DNA from: Macrostomum lignano
Lineage: Eukaryota
Length of the DNA: 31,273 bases
Assembly: GCA_002269645.1 (NCBI GenBank)
Contig: NIVC01004923.1
Location: 1 to 31,273 of the forward strand
Reading direction: 5' to 3'
Shown here one piece after another: positions 11,935 to 23,274 of this stretch. Numbering within the stretch: the first letter of the stretch is position 1; every line of letters begins with the position of its first letter. The position numbers were made by a program, and so were the translations under genes. The notes under the pieces are model-generated. The model had not been told where the DNA came from. It saw nothing but the letters and a program-made list of their open reading frames with translations, and did no database searches.

Positions 11935-12175
11935 TACTGCTCTCTCATTGGCTGAGATAAATTGGGCCAGCCCCTAGGCTGAGTTCGTCCGTTTAACTGC
12001 CCTCTCATTGGCTGAGGCTGAGTTTCGTCCGGCTAACTGCCCTCTCATTGGCTGAGGCTGAGTTTCGTCCGTCTAACTGCCCTCTCATTGGGCCAGCCCG
12101 TAGGCTCTCGTCCGTCTGGGGCACTGCCCTCTCTCCTCACTGCTCTACCATTGGCTGAGCTGAGTTTCGTCTGTC
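11935..12175 (+). repeat. ~40-bp minisatellite (CTGCCCTCTCATTGGCTGAGGCTGAGTTTCGTCCGTCTAA-like), about 5-6 degenerate copies
   Basis: cctctcattg recurs at 12001, 12041 and 12081, with degenerate copies on each side. Confidence 0.85.
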
Positions 12176-12616
12176 TTACGTTCAATTGCGTACATTGAAT
12201 TAAACAGGCACAATTCCACAGAAGCTGCAAACCTTCCAAAAAGTAAAGGAAATTTTAGCTGCCACAAAAAAATCAAGTGCCACTATACAGACTACTGAGG
12301 AAAGAGTAGACGCTCTACTTTTTTCAAAACTTCAATTGCGAGAGACATAACTAGTTACTTTAGTAACTGCGAGGTTACATTGCTTGAACATTAGAAATTC
12401 AAAAGGCCACTGTACACCATGGCCGCGTGCGCTATGCGCGTGTTTGACTGGGCTAAGACAGAACAATATAGACTGTAAATATTCAAACTCTACTAATAAA
12501 ATTATTATAGGAAACGCAATGAAACTAAATACCCCATTTCTCTTGAAGATCAATCAGTGGGAAGACCATTTTATTCGATATAAAACTTTGACAATACCAT
12601 TATTAGCAATTCATAG

Positions 12617-13334
12617 CTAGGTCGCTTTACGACTTGTGCCGCTGCTTCTGGCGGCGGTAGTTTGCTTAGGTACCCTCTGGCTAGCATTGACGCCTGCTGC
12701 TGGTGTAGCACCGCTGCCAGAGGCTGCGCCAGCGCCGCCACCATTGCGACGCATCAAACCGGACAGAGTCGACCGAATTCCTCGCGGCCTAGCCGGTTTA
12801 GTTGGAATCACTCTGCTTGGCGGTGTAACCAGGGCGTTAGGCGATGTAACAGTAGTGGTAGCAGTGGTAGTAGTGGCAGCAGTTGCACCAGTCATGTGCG
12901 GCGGCGGTGGCGGCGGCGGCGGCCTGAGTCCAGCCACGCGCGTGACTTTTAACGCCTGCTGAGAACAGGCCGCCTGCCTATCAGCTGATATCATTTGTTG
13001 ACGACGAACTGGCAGCGGAGGCGGCGGTGGCTGCGGTGGCAGTTCGGACGAGCGCTGCCTAGTGAGTGAAACATTTGGTGCATTGGCGCTACTAACAGTA
13101 GTATTCGTAGTACTAGTAGTAGTGATACCAGTCGCAGTCTCGCCGCCGCCCGGGCATGTTAAATCGAAGGCGAAAGCGTGCGACAATAGAAGCTCCAGAG
13201 CGGTGGTCAAATCAGCAAAAAGTTCGCAATAGCGATTGTGACAGCCTCGTATGAAGGCTGTCTGTCGGTAGTAACGCTTTAATAGGGCCTCGTTGCGAGC
13301 TAGTTCAACTAGCCAGCTTAGTAGGATGCGAGTG
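12617..13334 (-). CDS. RUSC1/2-like RUN-domain protein, last exon (RUN C-terminal half + Pro/Thr/Ala low-complexity tail)
   Basis: Acceptor ctttcgcccgcAG at 13335. Reads (N)TRILLSWLVELARNEALLKRYYRQTAFIRGCHNRYCELFADLTTALELLLSHAFAFDL, resembling the RUSC RUN end (NTKQLELWF..LY...F..LLLQPLSVLTFHLDL). Stop TAG at 12619-12617. Confidence 0.88.
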
Positions 13335-13344
13335 CTGCGGGCGA

Positions 13345-13715
13345 AAGGTACAGTAAGGGGCAGAGAAATTTTATTGCTTGTAGAAACGAGGTGATGTACA
13401 CTTAAGGACTTAGAGAAGTTTTATCGCCTGGGGAAAGGGGTGGTGTACATTTAGGGGCTAGAGAAGTTTTATCGCCTGGGGAAAGGGGTGGTGTACATTT
13501 AGGGGCTAGAGAAGTTTTATCGCCTGGGGAAAGGGGTGGTGTACATTTAGGGGCTAGAGAAGTTTTATTGCCTGGGGAAAAAGGTGGTGTATATTTAGGG
13601 GCAGAGAAATTTTATTACTTGTAGAAACGAGGTGATGTAAATTTAGGTGGCTAGAGAAGTTTTATTACCTGGGAAAAGGGTGGTTAAAGATTTAAAGTTA
13701 GAGAAACTTGATAGC
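13345..13715. repeat. 48-bp intronic minisatellite (~7 copies) in the RUN gene
   Basis: gagaagttttatcgcctggggaaaggggtggtgtacatttaggggcta recurs at 13461, 13509 and 13557, with degenerate flanking copies. Confidence 0.92.
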
Positions 13716-13735
13716 TTGGAGGTGATCTAACTCAC

Positions 13736-13841
13736 TTTAGGCAGGCCATAACAAAAGCATTAAATTTAAGCCGTTCAAGAGATAGACCGCTGATACTTCG
13801 AACAGAACGCAACGCTTCGCTAAACAGAGTGTTGTACGGGC
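13736..13841 (-). CDS. RUSC1/2-like RUN-domain protein, internal exon (not in ORF track)
   Basis: attttctAG|GC ... CTAAA|GTGAGT, 106 nt, phase 1 to 2, matching both neighbours. Reads GPYNTLFSEALRSVRSISGLSLERLKFNAFVMACLN, the RUN core (compare RFHAFILGLLN). Confidence 0.9.
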
Positions 13842-14118
13842 CTAGAAAATGTAGTAGGGATGATAAAATGGTAACTAGCAAAGTAATAAACACGTCCGAT
13901 ACATATCGGTAATTCTAAAGATATACATTTAGCGGATATGCTCGTAACTACGCCCATTTTACATACGTAGCAGCATATTTAATAGTACTTTTTTACATAT
14001 CAATAAAGTCAAAGATAAAATCCAATTTTCGCCTCATATAGGCAAAACAAACAACTAAATGCGGTTTTGGCAACTAAAACTTTTCGATGCATTACGACAG
14101 AACCAAAACCCGCCATAC

Positions 14119-14512
14119 CGGGTTTGCAGGACTCTTCGATCATCTGCCACAGGTGAGAGCGATTTTTCACCACTCCGAATCCAAGACGACTACTAGCAGT
14201 CACCGCTGACGATGGCGCAGCAGGCGACGCGGCCGAAGACGTCGAGGAGGCAGCGCCGCCGCTGCCAGGCGCCAGCAACTCGTCAGTCAGCAGGCCGTGC
14301 AACGGTGGGCAAAGCCTGCGGGCCGCGGCTGACTGCGGGTCGCCGCCAGAGGCGATCGCCAGCAGCAGGTCGTTAACGCCACGGATTGCGTCGCTGACGA
14401 GAGTCTGCAAGCGTTGTCGATGCGATTTTTCGCCAACAGCACGCGGCGATTCCGGCGGTGAGCCGTGGAACAGCAGAGGCGGACTGTCGCTGTCGCCGCC
14501 GTATAGACCAAC
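14119..14512 (-). CDS. RUSC1/2-like RUN-domain protein, exon with RUN N-terminal half
   Basis: Reads VGLYGG...RLQTLVSDAIRGVNDLLL...RLCPPLHGLLTDELL...RSHLWQMIEESCKPG (compare RUSC LCPALHALxxDGL...SPWSVVEASVKPG). Acceptor taAG at 14513 is weak; donor CCCG|GTATGG at 14118. Confidence 0.87.
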
Positions 14513-14638
14513 CTTAGATTATCGTTGCGGGTGTTTACTTTCGATACATATTGGTTAAGCATCAGATTGGTAGTTAATTTCAATAACAATAGGATAGATA
14601 AACAACGAAGGTTACAAGATGAAACAACTGAGCATTAC

Positions 14639-15693
14639 CTGTTTCGGTATAACATTAGTTGTCAAATCGTTCAGCTGCAAACTAAGCGGCCTACGAATCT
14701 TCGACTTTGAAGTCGACGTCGACGCATTAGCCGTAGCTGTCGACAGTCCAGCCGCCGAATTTTTCCTCGATGTCGATCGTCGATTAGTTGGTGCGGACGT
14801 CGGCGCCGACGGTGGCCGGTCGCAGAAGGACACGGACTTTTTAGCGCGGAATCCGCCGTTACTGCCAGCGCCATCGTCGGCTGCTGCAGCAGCGGCGTCA
14901 TTGTCGGCGGCAGCTGCGGCAGCGGCAATGTCCGCATCGATAACTGACTCCGACGAGGACGAAGACGAAGAATCGACGTCGGCTTCGTCGCCAGCACCAC
15001 CGACATTGCCGCCGCCCCCGCCCCCAAGTAGGCATGACTTCAACGGTCGCTGACGGCAGCCGCATTTCCGACAGACGACGGTGCTGCAACTCGAACTGGC
15101 CGCAGCAGCTCCAGGCGTGTCGATGCCGGAGTCGCTGGTGTCGCCAGGCGGCGGAGGCGGCGGTGGTGGCGGAGGCAGAGGGTCGCCAAGGAAGCCAAGG
15201 CCGCTAGGCAAGGGGCCGCCGCCGGCGCGTTGCCTTCTTAAATGCGCCGACAAGCCAGCGGCAGGCGGGAACTGGCAGGCGACGCTTTGACGATCGGCTG
15301 GAGTCGACGAAGCCGACGAGGAAGCGGCAGCTGTGGCAGCAGCGGCGGCAGCGGCGGCGACAGACAGGAGCGAACCGTGCGAGCCGTCCCGCGAGCTGTT
15401 GCGCCTTCGCGATCGCTGGAACAGCTCGAGCAGAGTGCCGGAGTACTGAGCTCGCTCTGACCAGGGCGAGACAACGTTGGCGGCTTCTTCTGTGCAGTCT
15501 TTGTCCAAGCAGAAGTCTTTGTTGCTATCTAATCTAAGCGAGGTTGCCATGGTAGGCGGTACTCGCGCAATTTCGCTTAAAGCGCGCCAAGATGCCAGCC
15601 GGTTGCCGGCGCTGCTTTTCAATCGGCGCCACGTGGTCGTGTTTGCGCCAGATTCCGTCGCTGTCGCAGCGCCTCTAGTTGCTATGGCAACGC
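14639..15693 (-). CDS. RUSC1/2-like protein, large low-complexity exon (poly-Ala/Pro/Ser/Gly)
   Basis: attttAG|GC at 15694/15693 and AAACAG|GTAATG at 14639/14638. 1055 nt, phase 1 to 0. Part of ORF 14612..15742. Confidence 0.8.
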
Positions 15694-15872
15694 CTAAAAT
15701 TCGAACAATGGTGATTGTATACTGCATAACGGTAATAAACAAATTTTCTAAACAAAGGACGATTCTAAAGGTTCCAAAAGTTATTAAAGGGTGGTTTGAA
15801 GTTAGGAGCGTTTACCAGTGGTAGACATACTCCTAAAAGCAATACTCGTAATACAAGATGGAAAACACTAAC

Positions 15873-16324
15873 CAGTTTTATTCTTTCCCAACTCGGAAGC
15901 TGTCCCGGAGGCCTCCAGCCCGACCACCAGGCGGTATCGCTCCCTAGTGGACGGAGGCGATGCGGCCAGCAAACGTTGACAGACGCCGCCGACGCCTACG
16001 CCTGACTCGCTGTCGTCGGCCGAGTAGCCGCCATCCTGCGAAGCTGCTGTTAATGGCGGTGTCGGAGTGGTCGCCAGCGCCATCGCCTCGTCTGAGCAGT
16101 AGGCTTGCCGATCTTGAGCACTCTGCTGTTGCTTCTGTTGCTGTTGTTGTTGTTGCTGCTGTTGTTTTTGTTGTTGTTGCAAAAGCAGACACGAGTCGCT
16201 TTGAGACATGTCCAACAGCATATCGATTGGTTGGCCATTGGCACTGTGCTGGGACGCTGACTTGTCTGCGGGTTCAATTGAGGTGTTTGGATATTTTTGA
16301 TTTGTAGATTGGCTAGGCTTGCCC
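15873..16324 (-). CDS. RUSC1/2-like protein, upstream exon with poly-Gln tract
   Basis: ttaacAG|G at 16325/16324 and ACTG|GTTAGT at 15873/15872. The phase-1 end joins exon 15693. Contains QQQQKQQQQQQQQQQKQQQ. Confidence 0.72.
16124..16180 (-). repeat. Coding CAA/CAG trinucleotide repeat (polyQ)
   Basis: A (TTG/CTG)n run on the + strand inside exon 15873-16324. Confidence 0.85.
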
Positions 16325-17123
16325 CTGTTAAGGCGATGACGCAATTGAAGAAAATGTAGACGATCAGTCTCTTAGCTGTTTTACTGTTAACATAATCAGA
16401 ACCTCCTTTTTGAAGTTTCTTTCTTTGATTGACGATGACTGCAGTGTGGGCCCGATACCTAGGCCCAGAAGCGTCCCAAAGTCACTTGCATCGCCTCAGC
16501 GTCGTTGCAGGTAACACAGGTAAAACAGAAAAGAAGTGACTCTAAAACGACTCGAAAAAGAATGGGATATCATGGTACAAGTCGCCAAAAAGTCGTCAAA
16601 GCGACTGTGGGTTCACTTCATAAAGTACGACCGCATTTCGTATCTATAACAACTCTATTCAGTCTACTAGAGTCAGTAGAAAGTTAAGCGCTACACAGCG
16701 ACTCTTAGACGACATTTTTGCAACTTCTTTTATAAAATTCGCCTCTCAATCGCATTACAGTCGTTTGAGTCGTTAAAAAGGAGCAAGAATCGCCCCAGAG
16801 TGGCTAGAGTCACAAGTGAGTTGTTTGAAAAGACTGACAATTCTTGTCACGGTAATGCAGTTTTCAATGTGTGTGCAAAAATTAGTCTTGGGGATGGTGC
16901 AATTCAACCTGGGGCTGGAGCTTGTGCCTAAATAGCTCAAATTCTCGTTCAATCATAGAAAACATAGAGATTTTACTACATCTTGTTGTTTATTATGAAC
17001 AATTATGAATTGTTTATTATAGCTAGTAAAACCTATAGATTCAACATGGTAACAGTGCCAATTTCTGACAAACATCCATTCGCAAGATTCCAAGTAGAAG
17101 CTTTGATACAGCTTACAACCATT

Positions 17124-17603
17124 CAGGGGCGTCGCCAACGGGGGGGGGGACATGCCAATGCTTTGCCCCCCCCCACCCCATCTTGTGACCCGTTATGGAA
17201 ATCAATAATTTTGCTGCAGGGCGACAATACATAGTGCCTGCAGCGCCAAAATCAGTGCCTGCAGCGCCAAAATGAGTGCCTGCGGCGCTAAAATGAGTGC
17301 CCGAGGCGCTAAAATGAGTGCCTGCTGCGCTAAAATGAGTGCCTGCTGCGCTAAAATGAGTGCCTGCTGCGCTAAAATGAGTGCTCGAGGCGCTAAAATG
17401 AGTGCTCGAGGCGCTAAAATGAGTGCCTGCTGCGCTAAAATGAGTGCCTGCTGCGCTAAAATGAGTGCCTGCTGCGTTAAAATAACTGCTGACAACACCG
17501 ATTCTGAAAATAATGTACATGTAAGAATTTAGTCATGTACATGTACATGTATAATTATTGGCTTTGTCCCCCCCCCACCAAAAAATCCATGGCGACGCCC
17601 CTA
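17124..17603. mobile_element. hAT-type MITE (480 bp) with internal 21-bp minisatellite, in a RUN-gene intron
   Basis: Perfect 13-bp TIR AGGGGCGTCGCCA (17125-17137) / TGGCGACGCCCCT (17590-17602). 8-bp TSD caaccatt (17116-17123) / caaccact (17604-17611), 7 of 8 identical. Confidence 0.85.
17233..17482 (+). repeat. 21-bp minisatellite (GCGCTAAAATGAGTGCCTGCT), ~12 copies
   Basis: Direct reading; a cga-g variant unit is interspersed. Confidence 0.95.
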
Positions 17604-19004
17604 CAACCACTGAAACAAGTTTCCTATCGTAACTTTTTTCTAAGAAAGAAACCGCACCGCGGGATGCTAGTGTATGATTTAGATTGATGACTAAGCAAGT
17701 AGAGAGAGCAGGAAAGACTGAGAGAGAGAGAAACCCCATACGCACACTTTCAATTGCTGGATTTGCCGAGCTTGCACCCAGTGGGCCATTAGGCATCAGC
17801 CGCCCACACAGCCCGAGTCAACAGCCAGCATCCCTACCTCAGCCACTAGATGCACGGTTAGAAACATTTTGACGCTAGAAAAAAACAGAACATTAAAATT
17901 GCTTCTATATTGCATTTTTCTGTGTTTTTCTTCTTTTAAAGCAGAAAGTGCAGACTTTTCTCTATCTTGTATTACTTGCTAACGAATTTTCGCTAACCAA
18001 AAAAAGTTCTAAAAGTCGCTCTCCATATAAAAAACATCTTTTGCGCCGAAACTTTAAACTTTTGAAGAAATAATTATGGTTATAAAATTATGAACATTAA
18101 TAACCGAAGTTCGCACTTTTCTGCTTGCTTCTTACAGAGACCGGAGCAGAACAGTGTCAGTGAAACACTGATCCTACCTAGCCTTGTCTTGGTCAGTATC
18201 CAGTGGGTGGGGAATACATGCTTCCCTCTCCCTACCTCCCAGGAGAAAACCATACAGAATTGGCTACACTATGCAGCAGTTTCTACTAGGGGTTGTTCAG
18301 AGGTTGAACAAAAGTGCAAACTCAGATATCTAGTAGGCCTACTAATAAATCAGTAGGGAGGTTCTTAGCAGATTAATTATGTTGACAAGATTACTATTAT
18401 AAATAATATTTATAACATAATTTAAGTTGAAATATTATTGACACATGCCAAGTGTGAAACTCTGTCACATTATGGGGGTGAGAAAGTGAAAAAGGATTAA
18501 ACCTTTTAGCCTTTAGTAGCCCTCAAACGCCGAACTGAAAGCTCAGAATATCGATCTGAATATTATTCTCTCTTTCAGAATAGCCTCCCTGAGCCTCCCT
18601 GGACAACCCTAGTACAGAAAAGGATAGGACTAAGGAAAGGAGTTAATCTAAAAAAGACAAGAGACACTTAGCCAATGGCACTGAAGAGCCTGGGTATAAA
18701 CGGGCAGGAATTAATGTATGACGACATTATCTTTGACAGTCTAGGGAAGTATAGCTACAATAATTCATTAAAGGGAAGAAGTTGTAAAGAATTCTAACAG
18801 AAAAGTAATGAAATGAAACAGTATGGATTATATTGCTCAGCTTTTACGAGTATATAAAAGTTCAACCACAAATTTTACATAGGTTTGATCAGTTCATTAA
18901 TCATTTATTATGACAATGGGTGATAATGCCATGGTAGGCTATAGTAGTAGCGTTTGGGAGTGGTGAAGGTGGTAGGTAGTTTTAGGGGTTGCGCTAGATA
19001 ATTT

Positions 19005-19440
19005 GGGTTGTGGTAGATCGAGTTAATGAGCTGTGGTAGATAGAGTTAATGAGCTGTGGTAGATAGAGTTAATGAGCTGTGGTAGATAGAGTTAATGAGC
19101 TTTGGTAGATCGAGTTAATGAGCTGTGGTAGATAGATTTAATGAGCTGTGGTAGATAGAGTTAATGAGCTGTGGTAGATAGAGTTAATGAGCTGTGGTAG
19201 ATAGAGTTAATGAGCTTTGGTAGATCGAGTTAATGAGCTGTGGTAGATAGAGTTAATGAGCTGTGGTAGATAGAGTTAATGAGCTTTGGTAGATCGAGTT
19301 AATGAGCTGTGGTAGATAGAGTTAATGAGCTGTGGTAGATAGAGTTAATGAGCTGTGGTAGATAGAGTTAATGAGCTGTGGTAGATAGAGTTAATGAGCT
19401 TTGGTAGATCGAGTTAATGAGCGGTGGTAGATAGAGCTAA
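19005..19440 (+). repeat. 23-bp minisatellite (GAGTTAATGAGCTGTGGTAGATA), ~19 copies
   Basis: Period 23 (19021 to 19044). A linked variant, ...GCTTTGGTAGATC..., occurs at 19101, 19216, 19285 and 19400. Confidence 0.96.
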
Positions 19441-19555
19441 TAGTGGTGGCAGATGGAGTTAGGTGGTACTAGAATGTGTGCTTGTAGATAGATTTAGAGA
19501 TTGCGGTTAGGAGTGACTTCTCCAGCCCCCAAATCAGCGCTCACGCTAAACTTAC

Positions 19556-19814
19556 AAGCCAGAGGTTCAAACGGTTGCATAAAATCTTCGTCGAATGCCA
19601 ACTCCTGAGCGGTGGAGTCCAGCATTAGGTTCATGGCGACGCCCGTCAGTGCAGAATTCGGTCCGCTAATATCCGAGCCGCTTCTTCCAGCAGCGTTTTC
19701 CAGGAATCCTAGTCGCCAGTGCTGCTGCTGCTGCGGCCCGCCTGTGGCGCCTGCACATTCTGGACTGCTGATACCGCCGCCACCGCCGAATGCGGCGAAG
19801 GCGCTTTCGCACAT
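19556..19814 (-). CDS. Probable 5' coding exon of the RUSC-like gene (junction to exon 16324 unresolved)
   Basis: GC-rich MCESAFAAFGGGGG...QQQQHW...DEDFMQPFEPLA. Perfect donor GCTT|GTAAGT at 19556/19555 (phase 1); pyrimidine tract + AG directly before the ATG. The phase does not match the phase-2 acceptor at 16325, so an intervening exon or another acceptor is needed. Confidence 0.55.
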
Positions 19815-19902
19815 CTTGAGGGGGGTGAAGGAAGATAATTAGTTTGTGCTTTAGCGACCTTTTTAAATTGAGAATCTGAAAGGCCGGCTCCGGCCCTGGA
19901 TA

Positions 19903-20352
19903 TGGGAGGCTGGCCCAGCAGCTGAGGATCTGGGAGGCTGGCCCAGCAGCTGAGGATCTGGGAGGCTGGCCCAGCAACTGACACTCTGGGAGGCTGGCCC
20001 AGCAACTGACACTCTGGGAGGCTGGCCCAGCAGCTGAGGATCTGGGAGGCTGGCCCAGCAGCTGAGGATCTGGGAGGCTGGCCCAGCAACTGACACTCTG
20101 GGAGGCTGGCCCAGCAGCTGAGGATCTGGGAGGCTGGGCAAGCAGCTGAGGATCTGGGAGGCTGGCCCAGCAGCTGAGGATCTAGGAGGCTGGGCAAGCA
20201 GCTGAGGATCTAGGAGGCTGGGCAAGCAGCTGAGGATCTGGGAGGCTGGCCCAGAAACTGAGAATCTGGGAGGCTGGCTCAGCAACTGAGGATCTGGGAG
20301 GCTGGCCCAGCAGCTGAGGATCTAAGGCTGATCTGGGAGGCTGGCCCAGCAG
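19903..20352 (+). repeat. 28-bp GC-rich minisatellite (GGGAGGCTGGCCCAGCAGCTGAGGATCT), ~16 copies
   Basis: Period 28 (19921 to 19949), with variant units ...CAACTGACACTCT... and ...GGGCAAGC... Confidence 0.96.
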
Positions 20353-22759
20353 TGATAGTACTATAAGTATATAGGCCATACAATAAGATCACTAGGATTA
20401 ATGATTAGCTAGAATAGCTTTGTGAAGGCTTAAAAAATGTAAAGCAAAATACACCAAACCATTATATAAGATGTAAAAGTAATATAAATTTAAGACCCAA
20501 AACCTACAGAGTCTACAGTAAAATCACTAACCCTGGTATTCAAGAGAAAACTATCTGTTTAACCATATCTGTTAGCACAAAAGCAAGATGAACCAACTAA
20601 AATACATTTTTGAAAACTTTACCAATATCACCAATAGTGTAAAGGAAATGAATGCAATGGTATCAACTACCGATTAAAAATGAACAAATTAATTAGACAA
20701 AATATTATTTGAATAAACATTAAATACAATGGATTTCTTACATTCAGATACTACTGTAGATTATGTTCTACAATATAGCAATAATGAAAATTTTATATCA
20801 ATAATCCTTATCAGGATTATATACAATTTAATTTTAACTGTTATTGTCACATCACTAGATAGTGCTGTTTGGTATTAGTCAAATTACTAAAAAATCAAAG
20901 TAAACACTAACATCTCTTTCTACATTTCATAATCTACATTGCTAAGTATCTCTCTCAAATGAAAAATGAAAAAGTTAACTTAATGAAAAAGTTAAAAAAT
21001 ACTGAACTTACATTAAATAACACCAGGGAACAGGGTATAAATTTGGCATTTAGGGTTCAAAATGAAAATACCAAATTTAAGTTTGCTAAGATACACATCA
21101 ATAAAATATATTTACAAATGATTTAATATGAATAATAGTTCAAAATGAACATGCTTGAATTAAAAAAAAGAACTTTTAAAACACTTACCCTACCCTGAAG
21201 AAAGAAGTCATGTTCCATGTGACTCAGTTAGAACATAGATACCACAAATAGACTAGTTATATACTTCTTTACTAACTTTTACTTGATAAGGTGCCTGAAA
21301 GAAACAAAATATTATGTACATCATGAAACATTAAAGATAGTTATTTTAAAATAGTATTAACCAACAAAATCAAAAGCAAATTTGAAACTTGTCTTACTCT
21401 TAGATTTTACATATCTTTTTTGTTTTAAAAACTTTCTATTTGAAAACATAATAAAATGTTAATAAACTATGATTGTTAATAAATAAATTCTTTTATTTTA
21501 TTTATTTATTTATTTTACATTAATGTTAACATTTAGCAAAGGCCTAGAAGTTTATTAAAGGCCCTATTGCAGAGCCAATATTTTTATCTAAAGTCATAGA
21601 CCAAAGCTTATGCCTATCTATATCCTAATAAATAAATTAGTCCATATGAATTTAAAAAAATTATATAAGCCCCTATTTAGAATACTAATACTAAGGTCTA
21701 TATAGCAAGGAAAGAGAAAACTAAACTTGTTAAACATATATCTATATTTTGCTTCATAAAAAATATATGAAAAGACCTAAATTTTAGTAATTTTAGTAAA
21801 ATTTAACATTTAGTTCTTAGTCATTTAATGCAATAAGACTTTGCCTTTTGGTTATGATTAACAAAAATTTTAATATTACAAGTTCAACACTATTAGTTAA
21901 ATTGAGAAGTACTATAGCAAATTGCAATTAATTAAGATAACAAATAGGATTTACAAGCACAACTTACAAATTTACTATATTAAAAAACCTAAAAGCTAAA
22001 AAAAGCTAAATTAGACCTAAGGTAAATGGTAGTAGTAGTAGTATAGGCATAGCACTTCAAATTAGGGGGGGGCAATGGTTGGTAGGTTGGATGGTCCCCC
22101 TCTCTCCTAGCAATTTTTTTAGAATTGGAATAGAAAAGTATACTAAAATCTTTAAAAACACATATAATGAGCTTCATACATGCGCAACTTCTAAAATTAC
22201 GCTGGCCGTGCGACTTAGTTTTCGATAAAAAATGCGACTTACCTATGAAAGAGCCAAGCAAAAACTTTAGGTAAACGGCAGGAGTAACTATGACCATATT
22301 TTTTAAAGCTAAATGCCTCGCCAGCTAATTAGTGCTGCGTGCAGATTCCGCGTTTTTATAACAGCTAATCAGTATGTCATCTAGTGGCGGCATGAAGCAA
22401 TTAGTAAATTGTCAGTACAGTGTAGTGAGCATACTACAAAAGTCATGATTCATGAATGTCCAGAAGTAAGTGAAGTGAATACAGTGTGACCTATAGCTCA
22501 AGAACGATTTGCTAGACGATTTGGCATGGAAGATGAGAGCCCTGACTCAGATGGCTCATCAGATGCAGAATACGAATCCAGTAGAGATACAAGCTGTGAA
22601 AACCCACAGATTTTTAAACCACTGAATTCTAATTCCCGGAACTATTTTTGCATAGATTCTAAATTTGAAGTCATGCTCAAACAAAAACTTGTTAACAGTT
22701 AGGAAAAAGGCAAAGATGGGAGTAATGCATGTTAAACTAAGATTTGAGGCCTTTGCAAA

Positions 22760-23230
22760 TTCTCTCCATTCCTCAATCTTCTCATCCTCTTTTTCTTTTC
22801 TCTCTCATCCCTTATCCCTTCTCTCTTTCCTCTCCTCTCTCCTCTCTTTCCTCTCCTCTCCTATCTCTTCTGTCTCCTCTCTACATTCTTATCTCTCCTC
22901 TCGTCTCTCTCCATTCCACTCTACTCTCTCATCTTATCTCTCCTCTCTTTTCTACTCTCTCATCTTATCTCTCCTCTCTTTTCTACTCTCTCATCTCTCC
23001 TCTCTTCACTCTCCTCTCATCTCCTCTTTATCCTCTCTTCTCTCATCTACTCTCTCCTCTTTCCTCTTTCCTCTCTTCTGATCTCATCCATCATCTTTTC
23101 TTTCCTCTTTCCTCTCATCTCCTCTTCTCTCTCATCTCTTTTTCCTCCCTCAGCTTTTCTCTCCTTTTCTATCTTTTCTCCCATCGCATCGCTCGCCTCT
23201 CCTCTGTTTGCTTATCTCTAATCTTCTATT
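22760..23230. repeat. Degenerate homopyrimidine (CT-rich) tract
   Basis: About 470 bp almost entirely C/T on the + strand. Confidence 0.9.
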
Positions 23231-23274
23231 TCCTCTACTTTGAAGTAAGAAAATATGCACATATTTTTGCTGAA

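Noticed and set aside
14619-16307. Plus-strand ORFs antisense to the RUN-gene exons, also 12636..12962
   Set aside because: Shadow frames of GC-rich low-complexity coding sequence, with no independent splice or domain support.
17113-17532. ORFs with 7-aa repeats (FSAAGTH, ALILAQQ, MSACCAK)
   Set aside because: They are a by-product of a 21-bp array inside a TIR/TSD-bounded MITE.
19666-20379. Overlapping minus-strand ORFs with LPDPQLLGQPPR repeats
   Set aside because: A 28-bp (non-triplet) minisatellite read in rotating frames.
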